This document shows, piece by piece, positions 1-12,095 of a stretch of 64,000 bases of DNA. Source of the stretch: Nemertoderma westbladi (taxonomy: Eukaryota > Animalia > Xenacoelomorpha); contig JAUCBJ010008828.1 in NCBI GenBank assembly GCA_032718475.1, positions 18,172 to 82,171 on the forward strand, read 5' to 3'. Both the position numbers and the translations under genes were made by a program. The notes under the pieces are model-generated. The model had not been told where the DNA came from. It worked only from the letters and a program-made list of their open reading frames with translations, and did no database searches. Within the stretch, counting starts at the first letter, position 1, and every line of letters begins with the position of its first letter.

Positions 1-2046
1 ATTCGAAAAATTAGGTGAATTTAAAAAATTTACAAATAAAATGATATCAAAACAGCCAAATAGTAGTTATATAGCAACACAAAATGCAGACGATACATTT
101 GCTTTTAAAAACATATCTGAATTTGAAATAATGAATATTCTCGAAAAACTTAATACAAATAAACCAAACGGGCCGTCTAACTTACCACCACGTATAATTA
201 AATTAGCGAGATCAAAAATTATATTTCCATTTACATCAATAATAAATAAATGCCTCACAACATCTACTTTTCCTGATAAATTAAAAGCCGCATATGTTAC
301 ACCTGTATTTAAAGACGGAGACAGACTGAAACCTACTAACTACAGGCCGATTGCAGTTATATCTACCTTCAGTAAAATATTTGAAACTGTGATACTGAAC
401 CAAATGCTTAATTACGTTACAGACGAGAAAATAATTAATCGTAGACAATTTGGATTTAGAAAACGTTATTCTACTACTGATGCATTAATATACACAACAG
501 AAACCTGGCGATCATCATTAGACAAAAATAAATATGTCGCAGTTGCAGCTCTAGACTTAGCGAAAGCATTTAATTCCATTAATCATAAAATATTGCTTGA
601 AAAATTAACTAGATTGGGGTTTCACAGTACATCGATTCGATTACTAAATAGTTACTTAACCGACAGAAAACAAAAAGTAAAGATAAATAATGTTTTTTCG
701 GAATGGGTCAAAATTAACAGGGGGGTACCACAGGGAACACAGCTAGGGCCGCTTTTGTACCTACTATACGCTAACGATATTGCACTACTAAAAGATCTAG
801 ACCTAGTACAATACGCCGATGACACATTGATATTTTACACCCATTCAGACCCACAAACTGCAACTAAAATTCTCTCAGAGCAAATAACCGCAGTAGAAAA
901 GGAATTGACAAAAAATCAGCTCATGTTAAATACAGGTAAAACTAAATTTATACTAATATCACCAAAACAACGAAATGACAATGTAAATACAATCACCCTT
1001 GATACAGCAACATGTAAAATAGAACAATGTACAACATTTAAATATCTAGGAGTAATTTTGGACAATCAGCTTAATTGGAAAGAACAGATAAAAAAGGCTT
1101 CACATAAAATGGCGCTAGCCATATCTTGCCTACGACGAATAAAAGGCCAGCTTCCACGCAAGACTAAGCTAAATATATATAAGGCTACTGTACTTCCCTT
1201 TCACAACTACTGTTCACAATTGCTAATACCATTACATGACCTACACGGATACAAGCAGTTACTGTACGATCTTGAAAAACAACAGAATTACGCACTACGA
1301 CTAGTATTTGGGAGGCAAATAAGAGACAGTACTGGGACCGAACTACGACAACTTGCTAAATTGCCGAATCTACACTCATTGCGTGAATTCAATGGACTCA
1401 ACTTTTTATTTAAATATATACACAATCTATCTATTCCATTTCAATCCTTAACACTACCATTTCTAAATAATATACACACAGACCCACAACTACTAAATGC
1501 TCGTACCAAAATTATAAAAATACCAAGGACCTATAACAGCTACGGACACAACAGTTTATTAATTTCACTTATCAAATTATGGAACTCAACTGATATCAAA
1601 CTGAAACAAATTCAATCTCATAAGGAATACTACACAACAACAAAGAAAAAGTATTACGAACTACACATGCGCTATGATGAAATCACATAATTAATTAAAA
1701 CAACGCTGCACGGGAACTTTGTCTCACTTTTAATTTTCACCCAGTGTAAGATAGTTTATTGAAGCGTCAAATAACATTATTGTGCTATATTCTGAATATT
1801 TGGTACGGTACATTACTGTATTCTAGCTACATATAGGATTGTATTGTATGTTGTATTTATTTTATAGTACTTGTAGCTACTGTAGGAGTGTACAATAGAC
1901 CAGCCCCTGCTGGACTGAATCCTGACGCTATTTACGGTCTTCAATTATCAGCTGGTATATTATCGTACTGTGCTGCCTCACTATAATTGTATTATTGTGA
2001 GTTTTACCGTAAATAAAGAAATAAAAATAAAAAAATAAATAAATAA
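1..2046 (+). mobile_element. Non-LTR retrotransposon (CR1/L2-like LINE), 3' part with 3' UTR and A-rich (AAAT)n tail
   Basis: RT ORF runs in from the window edge, followed by a ~320 bp UTR and an aaataaagaaataaaaataaaaaaataaataaataa tail at ~2011-2046. Confidence 0.85.
41..1690 (+). CDS. LINE ORF2 reverse transcriptase (5' partial)
   Basis: Motifs NYRPIAV, QFGFRK, LDLAKAFNSI, GVPQGTQLGP, YADDT, KYLGV. Confidence 0.92.
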   Translation: MISKQPNSSYIATQNADDTFAFKNISEFEIMNILEKLNTNKPNGPSNLPPRIIKLARSKIIFPFTSIINKCLTTSTFPDKLKAAYVTPVFKDGDRLKPTNYRPIAVISTFSKIFETVILNQMLNYVTDEKIINRRQFGFRKRYSTTDALIYTTETWRSSLDKNKYVAVAALDLAKAFNSINHKILLEKLTRLGFHSTSIRLLNSYLTDRKQKVKINNVFSEWVKINRGVPQGTQLGPLLYLLYANDIALLKDLDLVQYADDTLIFYTHSDPQTATKILSEQITAVEKELTKNQLMLNTGKTKFILISPKQRNDNVNTITLDTATCKIEQCTTFKYLGVILDNQLNWKEQIKKASHKMALAISCLRRIKGQLPRKTKLNIYKATVLPFHNYCSQLLIPLHDLHGYKQLLYDLEKQQNYALRLVFGRQIRDSTGTELRQLAKLPNLHSLREFNGLNFLFKYIHNLSIPFQSLTLPFLNNIHTDPQLLNARTKIIKIPRTYNSYGHNSLLISLIKLWNSTDIKLKQIQSHKEYYTTTKKKYYELHMRYDEIT

Positions 2047-4149
2047 GTTCCGTATAGCGCTACATTTTTATAACATAAATCATTGTTACCAAGGCAACAT
2101 TGTAGAGTTCTAGAACAAAATATCAATATTATACACTATTCTAGAACATAAATATATTAAAAAATATAATGTTCTAGAACACATAGCTAGAAATTAAAAA
2201 AATTATTCAAAAATTTTTTGGGGTACGAAACGCACAAAAGTCAAATTAAGGCAATTAAAAGACAAGTACTTTGAAAAATAAGAAAGATATAGTCGACGCC
2301 GGAGCTTTGTGTGAGGAGTACATTAAACTTTAAAGATAAATTCTGCGAAAAACGGACAGAATACATGTGGAGGCACCATTGTAGTCAGTATGCTACATTA
2401 TTATTTTAGGCAGTACGGTAGGTACATATCTAGATACTATGTCTGTACACAATTGTACATATATTGCACTTAGATCCCAGTCATTGCATTCGCGACACTC
2501 CCGACACCAAAAATAAATACAATTTATATACTTTTTACCAATTATTGCATTCGTGACATTCCCAATACCAAAAAATTACTAAAAAATAAATAAAAAATTT
2601 ATTCAATTTCTTCATAACAGTTCTTAATATTCTTCTCCGCAATAATTGCTGTTTTTCGTTTTGGTCTGGATGTGACTTCATTTACTTTCAGTTTCGACTT
2701 GATAGCTAGGTGGGATAAATATTTCTCCATTTGACGCAACACCGCCGCGGCCGCTATGAGGGAGGTGAATACCGCGGCCGCTCCTAAAGCCGCAGGCCAT
2801 CGCTAACTATATAGGTTAACTTGGGATTCTGGGGGACTTTTCGATGAAGGAACAGACCAATTTTTTTTATTTTCACACCAGGGGAGTGACTCGGAATTCT
2901 AAGATATTAGCCACTCTAACATTAGCAAATCTATCCCCTCGACGGACACGGCGGACAAAAAACCGTCATTTTTTTTGACAATTTTAAAAATTTTTTGAAA
3001 GGCGCTCTACAGTGACTCGAAAAAACCCTAGGTTATTGCTTAACCGACGCCGGGATACGATAGAAGGGATTAATTACTGTAGTGAATTCGTTTTTTTTTT
3101 TCAAAAAAGATTACCACGCCTTTTTCCCGAAATTGTCCGTCAAAGTTGAAAAAACGGACAAAATGGCTTTGCGGGATCCGCTCTGACTCGGCTAATATTA
3201 ATCGTACGGGGACGAAATTAACGCGGTTGGAAAGGGGAAGAGTGGTACTACCTTCGTATCGAATGGGGGTAAGATATTTATTAATATTTCGGGTGGAAAA
3301 AGGGGCCGTAACTTTGTCCGTTTTTCCATCTTTTTTACATAATTATTATTTCCAAAATTTTTAATTCGACAACGCTAGTAGGAATCTGCCAATTCTTTTT
3401 CGGAAAGCGTAGAAGACCACAGGGGCTACATTCCTATCGAATGGGGGTACAAAAAATATGTAGGCAAAGGGGTCCAAAAAGGGCCAGAAAATAATAAAAA
3501 GTTTATAACTAACAACTTTTTTATTTTTGACTCTTGAATGTTAAAGTACATTTTATACGGTTAATATCGATACGGGGAATCCAAATATTCGATTGGTTTT
3601 GCCGCGCAAACGATATTAAAAAAATTAGGGCCCAAATTATAATTTCACGCTTCAAACTCGCTTCGCGGGAACTCGTCTAGCTCGAAAAATACATAAGGTC
3701 TGGGAGACTTATTTAAACAGTCTTATAGAGCGTCAAATTATCTATCTTTCAACGGTAGTTACAGCGCCATAGCTATTATATAACTGAAGCGGCAGACGAT
3801 CGTGTGAAATATACTACTTATAAAAAAGGGACGAAAAAATTTTTTTTTAATAAATCGCCATTACATTATAATTTAACCTTTTGCGCCAAAAGTTCCAGTA
3901 AAATGTAGCAAATTAACTCCACTATCTTTTTTCTTAACATTTATAATTAAAATAACGAGTTTTAAGGGTCGAAAAATATCGCGTAATTTTGGCCCTTTTT
4001 TTTCATTTTTTTTGGGGCCAAAAATACCCCCTCTCAAAAGATAGAAAAAAAATTACGGCAAAGAATATACCAATTTTATTGAATTTGGAGCACCAGAACC
4101 GAAATTTAGTCAAAAATTAAAAATACTTTTTTTTGCAAAAAATTAAGAA

Positions 4150-4223
4150 TGGTCATATTGGGTTTCGAACCCACGAACTTTAAGTATCGTTAACGTGATT
4201 GATTACCACTAGACTACGTGACC
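4150..4223 (-). other. Degenerate tRNA-derived sequence (pseudo-tRNA or SINE head)
   Basis: Minus strand GGTCACG-TAGTCTAGTGG (A box) ... GGTTCGAAACCC (B box) ... TATGACC; acceptor stem partly pairs, anticodon arm is poor. Confidence 0.35.
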
Positions 4224-5832
4224 AAGAGAATTTGAAATTTTCGAGTGATTATTTTTAAACATCAATAACTTCTGTTCTACTGGGCCGTTTGATCTGAAAC
4301 TTTTTTCATTGGATAGAGGATAGATTGTAGTGTGTGAAATAGGATACAACTTGGGAAAACGCATGTGCACTTAGTGCATAATGCACTTAAAAAGTACACA
4401 TTTTTTCGATATTTCAAACACTATTATTTCCAGTTCCATTCATCGTAGAATGTTATTTTTTGGATTAAAATGTAGTTTGGAGTGATTTCTAACTATAATC
4501 GTAACATTTGTTTAACTTTTTATGTATATAAAGTGACTTAAAATGCCTATGAATATGGTCCAAAATCGCAAATGTCGCGATTTATTAAATTAGATTTTTT
4601 ACACTTTTAGTGACTGACACTTGATCATACACCATCGTAGATCGGTAGAGGATAAACATAAGTTTGTTAAATAAGAACCACAATTACGATCTGCTGAAGT
4701 GCACTTGTACAAATAAGTGTGCAAAAGTGCAAATTTTTTAATAAGGTCAAATTATATAGCATTGGGTTCTTTTCTTTGCAGATACTTTAATTTCATATTA
4801 ATATGTTGTTTGGCTCATACTGAGCGCATTAGGGATATGCGTACAAATAAGCGGCCCTTATTAAGGCTTCGATTGGGGTAATAAATAAAACATAAGGTTG
4901 TAATATTCTAAAAAACCAGTGTGATATTAAATGCACTTTAAACAATAAATAGAGATCAAATAACAAATGGACTACACAATTAAAAACTCGCACAATTTTG
5001 TACTTATCATATCGCTTCAAATTAATTTAACAGTGGATATTTGGGGGAAGGGGGAAGTTACAGTGTGCATTCGGGGGAAGTTTGGTGAACTGCATTTATG
5101 CAGTGAATCCAAACTTCCCCCTTTGATATATCATATACTTAAGACATGCTAGGGTGACGGGGAAATATTTGTTACTGTCACACTTTGCTTCCATTTATCC
5201 TATCCTTTTATTATTACCCCTGTCAGATAAGAGATAATAATCAGTAAAAACCAAACTAAACTGTTAATTTCGAATTAAAGACGGGTGAATGACCATGACC
5301 ATGGAAATAATTTTAAATATAATCGTATATCAACTATTTGGGGAGGCTTCCAAACCCAAAAACAATTATTTCGTTACATATAATATAGTAAATAACGTTG
5401 TATGTTCTTCTTCCTCTCATAATAAAATATATATGAAATATCTCTGATCGCTGTGCCCTGAACATTTCACAACCAAAATGTTTCAGTGTGAAAAGTGTAG
5501 GCCTACCACACCCCGCCCAAACAGCCGCAAACGCATAGCCAACAAATTTATCAAAAGTTTACATACATGTTGTGTTCATGACGAGATGAGTGAAAATTGA
5601 TCGCGTAATATAAACTAAAAATTGAGAGTCGGGCCTGGCTCTTCTCCACTTTCTTACCCAATGGAAATGTTGTTGTTATAATCTAATATTGGGGCGGCTT
5701 TCTCTCGTTTCGGTCTGTCTAATTGTTTATCTATTGAGCTATCTGTATGTGTGTCACATTCTATTGGGTATAAAAGAGTTACATGTCTTTCTATTATTTT
5801 CTTTGATGGAAGCTTTACTTTTACGGAACGAA

Positions 5833-5889
5833 CTTGACCATCAGAACTAGGTAATAATTTATGAATACGACCGAGTTCTGATGGTCAAG
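5833..5889. repeat. Inverted repeat / hairpin
   Basis: cttgaccatcagaactaggt ... accgagttctgatggtcaag. Confidence 0.6.
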
Positions 5890-6126
5890 ATGGTCAAGAG
5901 TTTTGATAATTCAGATTGATGATATTGATAAATATATATTAAACTGTTTAGCAATAAATGATACTTTATTCTTATTTATTATTTATTTATTTACCGCAGG
6001 CAACATATGGAAAATATAATATATTATAATCGCACAATCAGCCCATATCGTCTACCTACGCTACAGCACAATAATTAAGTATGTAATTGATTATGTATGC
6101 GTGTACTTAGTAATACTAATAATTCG

Positions 6127-7383
6127 CTAAATTAACAGATTTTCGGAATTGCACATTTCAAAAATTCTAGAACTATGCAACGCGGTGTAACAATATACAG
6201 CATTTACAATATAATTACTGGAACATTTTATCCTACGAAATAAACTTTGAATTGATTTGAAACGTAAATGAATGAAGCACGGAATATTGTTGCAACCAAA
6301 GAAATATGACATACTAGAACCTACAGAGATGAAAAATAGCTTTCTTGCTGCATTATTGTATGCTACCCTTAACCGATTATAGACAACAGATGAGTAGTTC
6401 CTACGTGACCACAGAGCATTACAATATAGTGGAGTTATAAATGCTAGAAATAAACGAACTTTCACTGCAACGGTACAGGTACTAAATTTTCTAAACAACG
6501 TATTTGTACGGGCGTACATACTACCTATTTGTTTCTTAATGTCAAGATCATCATCACGTGATTCGTGTATTATATGACCCAAATATGTAAATTTATCAGT
6601 TCTAGAAATAACACGCTGGTATAAATATATTGGAGCTATTGTACTTAAGTTACAAGATTTCGGGCACAAAAACATTACCTTAGTCTTCTTTAAATTAAAC
6701 ATTATAGAATGTGAAATTGCATAATCCTGACACACATTAACTAACTTTTGTAAACCTATAAGTGAATTTGACATTAAACCAATGTCGTCTGCATACATTG
6801 TATGATTAATCCTTTGACCATTAATTGAACAACCTACGTTAGCCATTATAAGTTTACGGGATAAGTCGTCCATGTAAACATTAAATAAATAACCAGATAA
6901 TATTCCGCCTTGCTTCACGCCATTAAACACTGCAAACGTTCTGGAATATGTAGCACCCCAGCGCACTTGTAATGTTTGATGTCGGTACCAAAAGGCTAAA
7001 ATACGCACCAAATAGAGTGGTACATTCCTATTTATTAATTTCTGAAAAAGTTTATCGTGCTCTATTCTGTCAAATGCTTTAGATGCATCCAAGAAACAAA
7101 TATACATAGGAGAATCATTATCTAAGTAATAATCAATAACCTCTTTCAGAGTATATACACAAAGCTCGGTACCGCTATTTGCCTTATATGAGAATTGGTG
7201 ATCGCTACAAATTAAGAAAGACTGCATTCTAGATAATAAAATACGTTCAAATATCTTACTTATTGCTGTTGAAATAGCAACGGGCCGATAGTTTGATTTC
7301 TCATCTATAGCACCATTTTTATCTTTAATGATTGGTACAATAATACTATGAATAATGGAGCTTGGTAAATAACCATGTACCAT
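6127..7383 (-). CDS. LINE reverse transcriptase domain (fragment of disrupted ORF2)
   Basis: FLDASKAFD, QGGILS, YADD, YLGH motifs. Confidence 0.85.
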   Translation of the reverse strand: MVHGYLPSSIIHSIIVPIIKDKNGAIDEKSNYRPVAISTAISKIFERILLSRMQSFLICSDHQFSYKANSGTELCVYTLKEVIDYYLDNDSPMYICFLDASKAFDRIEHDKLFQKLINRNVPLYLVRILAFWYRHQTLQVRWGATYSRTFAVFNGVKQGGILSGYLFNVYMDDLSRKLIMANVGCSINGQRINHTMYADDIGLMSNSLIGLQKLVNVCQDYAISHSIMFNLKKTKVMFLCPKSCNLSTIAPIYLYQRVISRTDKFTYLGHIIHESRDDDLDIKKQIGSMYARTNTLFRKFSTCTVAVKVRLFLAFITPLYCNALWSRRNYSSVVYNRLRVAYNNAARKLFFISVGSSMSYFFGCNNIPCFIHLRFKSIQSLFRRIKCSSNYIVNAVYCYTALHSSRIFEMCNSENLLI

Positions 7384-7428
7384 ACAAGAACTGAAAATAA
7401 AGCTAATAAAATATTTAGCCTACTACTA

Positions 7429-8076
7429 TTACTGTAAATGAAATGTTCCCCAGTCCCCCATGAAATGTCCTATCGCTTTACCTAATTTTAAATTAGCTAT
7501 TGCACATCCTACTTCTGCTGCACTTATATTCATATCAGTTGTGTACAGTACTTTATTTAGTTGTTCGTATATGCTACTGCCAACACAAAACTCAGTTACT
7601 CCATTAGTTTTGTTACAATTAAACAATATTTCAAAATCGTTTGCAAAATTACTACAAATTTCTCGTTCACCGGTCGCACCACTAACAACATTGGGTAAGG
7701 GTATTTTGCACGAAATATCTTTCTTCACGGATTTCCAAAATGAATTAAAGTCCTTAGAAAGGTTCGATTGTGCTAATTTATCGACCCGTTTTTGATTTTC
7801 GGAACGTTTACATTGTCTAAAAATACGTTTAAAATTTGCTCTGGCGTTAAGGTAGTCATCATGGTGAAGACTACCCTGCCGAGGACAGCCGGCATCTTTC
7901 CACTGTATAAAAGTATCCCGAGATTCCTCATAGAGCGCTTTAACATGATCATTCCAACCAGGAACGTTGTAACTATTGTTTGAATTCATGTTAATATTAT
8001 TACTCGGTATGGACGTTGACGCACTTTCTACTAAAGCACCTACTATACGGTCCCACAAACTACTAAGATTGTTCAC
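7429..8076 (-). pseudogene. LINE ORF2 linker between endonuclease and RT
   Basis: VPGWNDHVK...W...G.PR.G and FWKSVK motifs; lies between the EN and RT ORFs. Confidence 0.75.
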
Positions 8077-8127
8077 ATGTGATTCATCATTACAGTTTAT
8101 GGAGGTACATGTGAAGGCCTCGGGTAT

Positions 8128-8775
8128 TTATATATTATTCAATGAATCATTAAGTCTACGGTAATTATCGAGTTGCACCGGCCGAGCTGCAGTCCAAATA
8201 AACTTAGTAGGATTTGTAATCATAGTATCGCTTTTATCCGTAGTATTTACCGTAGCGTTAACATTAATATCAATAGTAAATCTTAAAGGTATATGATCAA
8301 TGGTAGCTAGATCATAAATAACATCGACATCCTTAATTAAAGAGTCGGACGTGGTGGTGCTGACAATATGGTCTAACCAAGAGGTGGTACTAAATGCTGC
8401 ACTCACAATTGTAAACGTATGTGGTGGTAATCGTTTTACATCGGACAAAATAATTCCGCAATTAGCGCACCAATCAGATAACTCTCTATAAAATGATTTT
8501 TGTGGCGAGGCATTAAAATCACCGACTATACAGCATTTCACAGTTGGGGCATTATCAATTATTGATTGTATGCGTCCTAGGTACTCTAAGTACAAATCCA
8601 AATTGTCAGATGATTCGAAAGGTAAATATAAATTCAATATTAAAATTTTCGATTTATCCGATAGGTTTACATAAAATCCCATTATTCGTTCATCCGCTAT
8701 ATTTAAATACTCAATAGAAGATGAAATTTCTTCCCTTACCATAACCGCCAGACCTCCATGTGGACGGCCGCGCAA
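8128..8775 (-). pseudogene. LINE apurinic-like endonuclease domain
   Basis: GRPHGGLA, NLYLP, GDFNA, WLDHI, DHIPL; the N-terminal LLQEH lies upstream across a frameshift. Confidence 0.82.
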
Positions 8776-9169
8776 TAATCCATTGGATAAATCTACTGAG
8801 ATTCGCCTCGACAGATAAACTTGTCATCTATTTTCGAGAGGAAACTTAATTCCTGTTTCGGAAGTAGATGCTCTTGTAACAAAACAATATCCGAAATATC
8901 ACACAAAAACCTATCAGTAGAAATCGATTTAGGTGTACGTAGAGTTACAGTTATATGTTGTTATTCTTATTGGATCCATTGTGAATTAATAAGGCCGAAA
9001 TTTGAAATATATGAAAATTAAGGAAAATAAACAAGTACAAAAATATACAATGATATATAAAAGGTGTATATACGTGAATGAATTAAGCGAATCAAATTGA
9101 TACTGCTTAATTATTCATGCTGAAACCCGACGTGAATTATTCTATTCCACTTATATTCGCTGCAAAGGT

Positions 9170-9915
9170 GGAACCGCACTGGCTTCTGGTATCGCTCCGC
9201 TCTCCTCTAAAGTGGCAGCTATCCTTGAATATCCAACCCCCAAGTCAAAACTCGCCCTACAACGTTTCCTTGGAATTATAAACTACTATCATCGCTTTAT
9301 GGCAAGTATTGCCGCCACCCTCGCAGCTCTCCATGATGCCAATATGGGATAGGGGAAAGACATAACGTGGACCACCGAATGTCAGTCTGCCTTTGAAGCT
9401 GCTAAGGCAACGTTAACATCTGCAACTCTTCTCATGCATCCAAGTTCTAAGAGTGAGATGAGGATCAGCACCGATTCATCAAATCGCAGTCGGAGCCCAA
9501 ATTGAACAGCTAAACTCTGTTTCTGATACATGGCTTCCCCTGGCGTTTTCTCCAGGAAACTCACCACTGCTGAGTCAAAATACAGTACCTTCGACAATGA
9601 ACTGTTGGCGATATTCACCTCAGTCAAACACTTCCAACACTTTATTGAAGGCCGGAAGTTCCATATCTAAACCAACCACAAGCCTTTGACTTTCGCCTTC
9701 TCTTCAACCACTGACAGATCACCACAACAAACTTGACAACTCTGATACATATCAGAGTTTACCACTGATGTTCGCCATATCAATGGCTCTGATAATGTGG
9801 TTGCAGATGCACCCTCTCGTGTAGTCAGTCCAACTCTCTCTGCGATTCATGTTCCTACTATTGATTACCAACAATTGGCAGCTGACCAGGTTTCTTCCGA
9901 CGAAATCGCATCCTC
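9170..9915 (+). pseudogene. Ty3/Gypsy pol relic (end of RT and RNase H)
   Basis: Manual translation gives LQRFLGIINYYHRF, AFFSRKLTTAESKYSTFDNELLAIF, TNHKPL, DNVVADA, with stops and frameshifts. Confidence 0.8.
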
Positions 9916-10009
9916 TGTAGATGACCGTAAGGTCGAAATGTCATTAGACTAGAATGTCATTAATTTATTATCAGTATTTTTCCTATTTTATTAAATTTAA
10001 ATAAATACA

Positions 10010-10041
<32 letters not shown>

Positions 10042-10439
10042 AACACAAAGTCAATATTAATATTAATAATTAAATAATGTAAACAATAAGATATTATAGT
10101 GGTCGGTGCTTGTCCCAACAATTCAAATAACCCATCCTATTCTTCTTGCTATAAAGTTCCAGTTCTTTGCAACTGTCTTTTATGTCCATCACCATTAACA
10201 GATTGCTTTGCTATTGGCCCTTCTGTCAGTCTGCCCTTCCTTCTTCCTTCATATATGTAGTCCAGGTGCCGGAAGAGGTGCGTGCTATCTAGATGCCTAG
10301 GATATCGAATAGGCCCTTTGACGGAGATTCAACTGTACCGAGGACTGCGGCCGAGTTTTTTAATTTAATTTTAAATAAAAACTTCTTTATTCATATTTAC
10401 TATACCGGGAAGATAGACCCCAAGTTTCACCTTATGATA

Positions 10440-10855
10440 ATTTTGATATAATGAACTCTTCCCTGAAAGCGGTTTGTCGATAACTTAACGATTTTGAGAA
10501 CACTTTGTGTATGGCATGAATAATGAAATGCTAATTCTTCTGGCACATAATATGTTTAGAATAAGAGAAACCGGTTCTTGCCATTCTAAACTAAAGGAAT
10601 CACTACTCATACCAATTTATAAGGGGAGGTCCCTCGACAAAACAGTACCAAAGAATTATAGTGGGGTAATCACCCTAATCAGGATATTAGGGGAAGCTGA
10701 GATCCTTAAAGGAACCCTCATATCTACTATGGGGACAAACGAACTCCAGATGGGTTTCAAACCAAAAATCAGCACTGGAATAACAATAACATATTTGAGT
10801 GTAACTAAAATCATTCAGTACTTACTTTATATAAACACCACTCAGCTGCACATAT
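10440..10855 (+). pseudogene. Old LINE RT fragment interrupted by element A (continues after 24805)
   Basis: LLIPIYKG..DK..PKNY, LQMGFKP; after the element the sequence reads LSSAFDRVN (~24900). Confidence 0.55.
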
Positions 10856-11384
10856 TGTGACGGGATCCAGGAGGGATCTCGATTTATCCGGTATTTTAGT
10901 TTACGCGTCCCCGCCGTGTATAAAGAGTAAACGAAACAGTGAATGAGTTCTGATGTTCGGTGTATAATAACTGATGGGTATAAGATATAGATATAGATAT
11001 GTGGAAGGCGGGATATGGTAACTAAAAGTCCCGTGCTCCCCTATCTAAACTAACTAACCTATGCTAGTACTACTGCATTGAGATAACTGAATTACTGATT
11101 AATAGGTTACTGATTATATTGCACGGTTGGCCTAATTACTACCTAATCGATGCCTTGCCCCCCTCTGATTGGTTGATACCCTTGTTGGCGCCCCGTGGAG
11201 TGTTCCCGTTCACTCCACCTGTACTCTCTGGGTTAGGGGTTTGGCCCCTGACCCTTTATTGTGTGCTTCCTTCCCACTCTTATTGGGATGGCACGAGTTG
11301 GTTAATTGCCCAATCTCGTGGCTCCCAATATTGCTTATCGGCTTATAACTTTATGGGGTGTTAGCGGGATTGAGTAAGCTAACA
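10856..11384 (-). repeat. 3' LTR of element A (529 bp)
   Basis: Direct repeat of 24271-24800; about 4 substitutions and 1 indel seen by eye. Confidence 0.95.
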
Positions 11385-11395
11385 CTCCCCCCCAT
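11385..11395 (-). promoter_or_regulatory. Polypurine tract of element A
   Basis: Minus-strand G run plus AG directly abutting the TGTTAG start of the 3' LTR. Confidence 0.85.
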
Positions 11396-12095
11396 GCTAT
11401 CTTCCCGGTAAGAAGATAGCATCAACCAAAAAGTGCGCTACAATCCCGCTGGATCCCGATCTAGTATCGGGTGTGGGGTGGAATTCTTTTCTCTCGGAGT
11501 CGGCTTTCCAGGCCGCCCCCTATGGGTATGATAACGCTACCCTGTGTGCCTGGCGTCTCATGTCGGGCCGATCGCGCTCACCTCTCGCGCGACTTTTGTT
11601 TCCCCAACACTTTCGCCCTATCTCACCTTCACTCTCACCCTAACTCTCTCACACTCGGACCTCCTCGTCCCCCACTCAGCCTCTTATTCTCCCCCCCCCC
11701 CACACTAGAATTGCGTCCGCACTCTCTCTGCACTCCGCACTATTATTCCGTCCCTCAACCTCACTTCGACTGTCTCTTCCCTTCTGACGAATCTCCCCCC
11801 CCCTCTCGTGCCGTCGCACTCAAGAAGTGTGAAATTGTCTGGTGTCTCGTCCATAGTGCCATAGTCAGTTATCCCCCAGTCCCAGTAGCTAATTGAGAAA
11901 GGTTGTATGACTATAGTACTTACTCCGAACGTATATATTTCTAGATTACTAATTACTACGTACGTACATACAAATTGCACTTATATGATTATTTTGCATT
12001 AATTGAATTTGTACTTAATAGTTCGTATATCCCACGCGGCGCCCACCAGGCGTACCACGTCCAAGTCCCAGTCTCTCTCCCTCGACTCTGGGAAC

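Larger units (their letters stand above)
5965..8915 (-). mobile_element. CR1/L2-group LINE, disrupted ORF2 (APE endonuclease + RT), (TAAA)n tail
   Basis: EN motifs LLQEH, GRPHGG, VGDFNA, SWLDH, DHIPL; RT motifs NYRPVA, FLDASKAFDRI, GVKQGGILS, YADD; broken into ORFs 8128-8775, 7429-8076 and 6127-7383; ttatttattatttatttattt tail at ~5965-5992. Confidence 0.88.

Noticed and set aside
4150-4223. Functional tRNA gene
   Set aside because: Anticodon arm and stems are mismatched; kept only as a tRNA-derived relic
10010-10037. Long poly-T and the poly-G/C runs elsewhere
   Set aside because: Simple homopolymers or retro-tail remnants with no further structure
10801-10810. GTAACTAAAA in the flank near element A, identical to the PBS 10-mer
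   Set aside because: Outside the element and within an old LINE; treated as chance, and a caution that AT-rich 10-mers recur
11119-11364. Identical 81-aa ORFs at 11119 and 24535 (and 64/60-aa ORFs at 40395, 51484, 62770)
   Set aside because: They lie within LTRs; identity reflects LTR duplication, and no motifs are present
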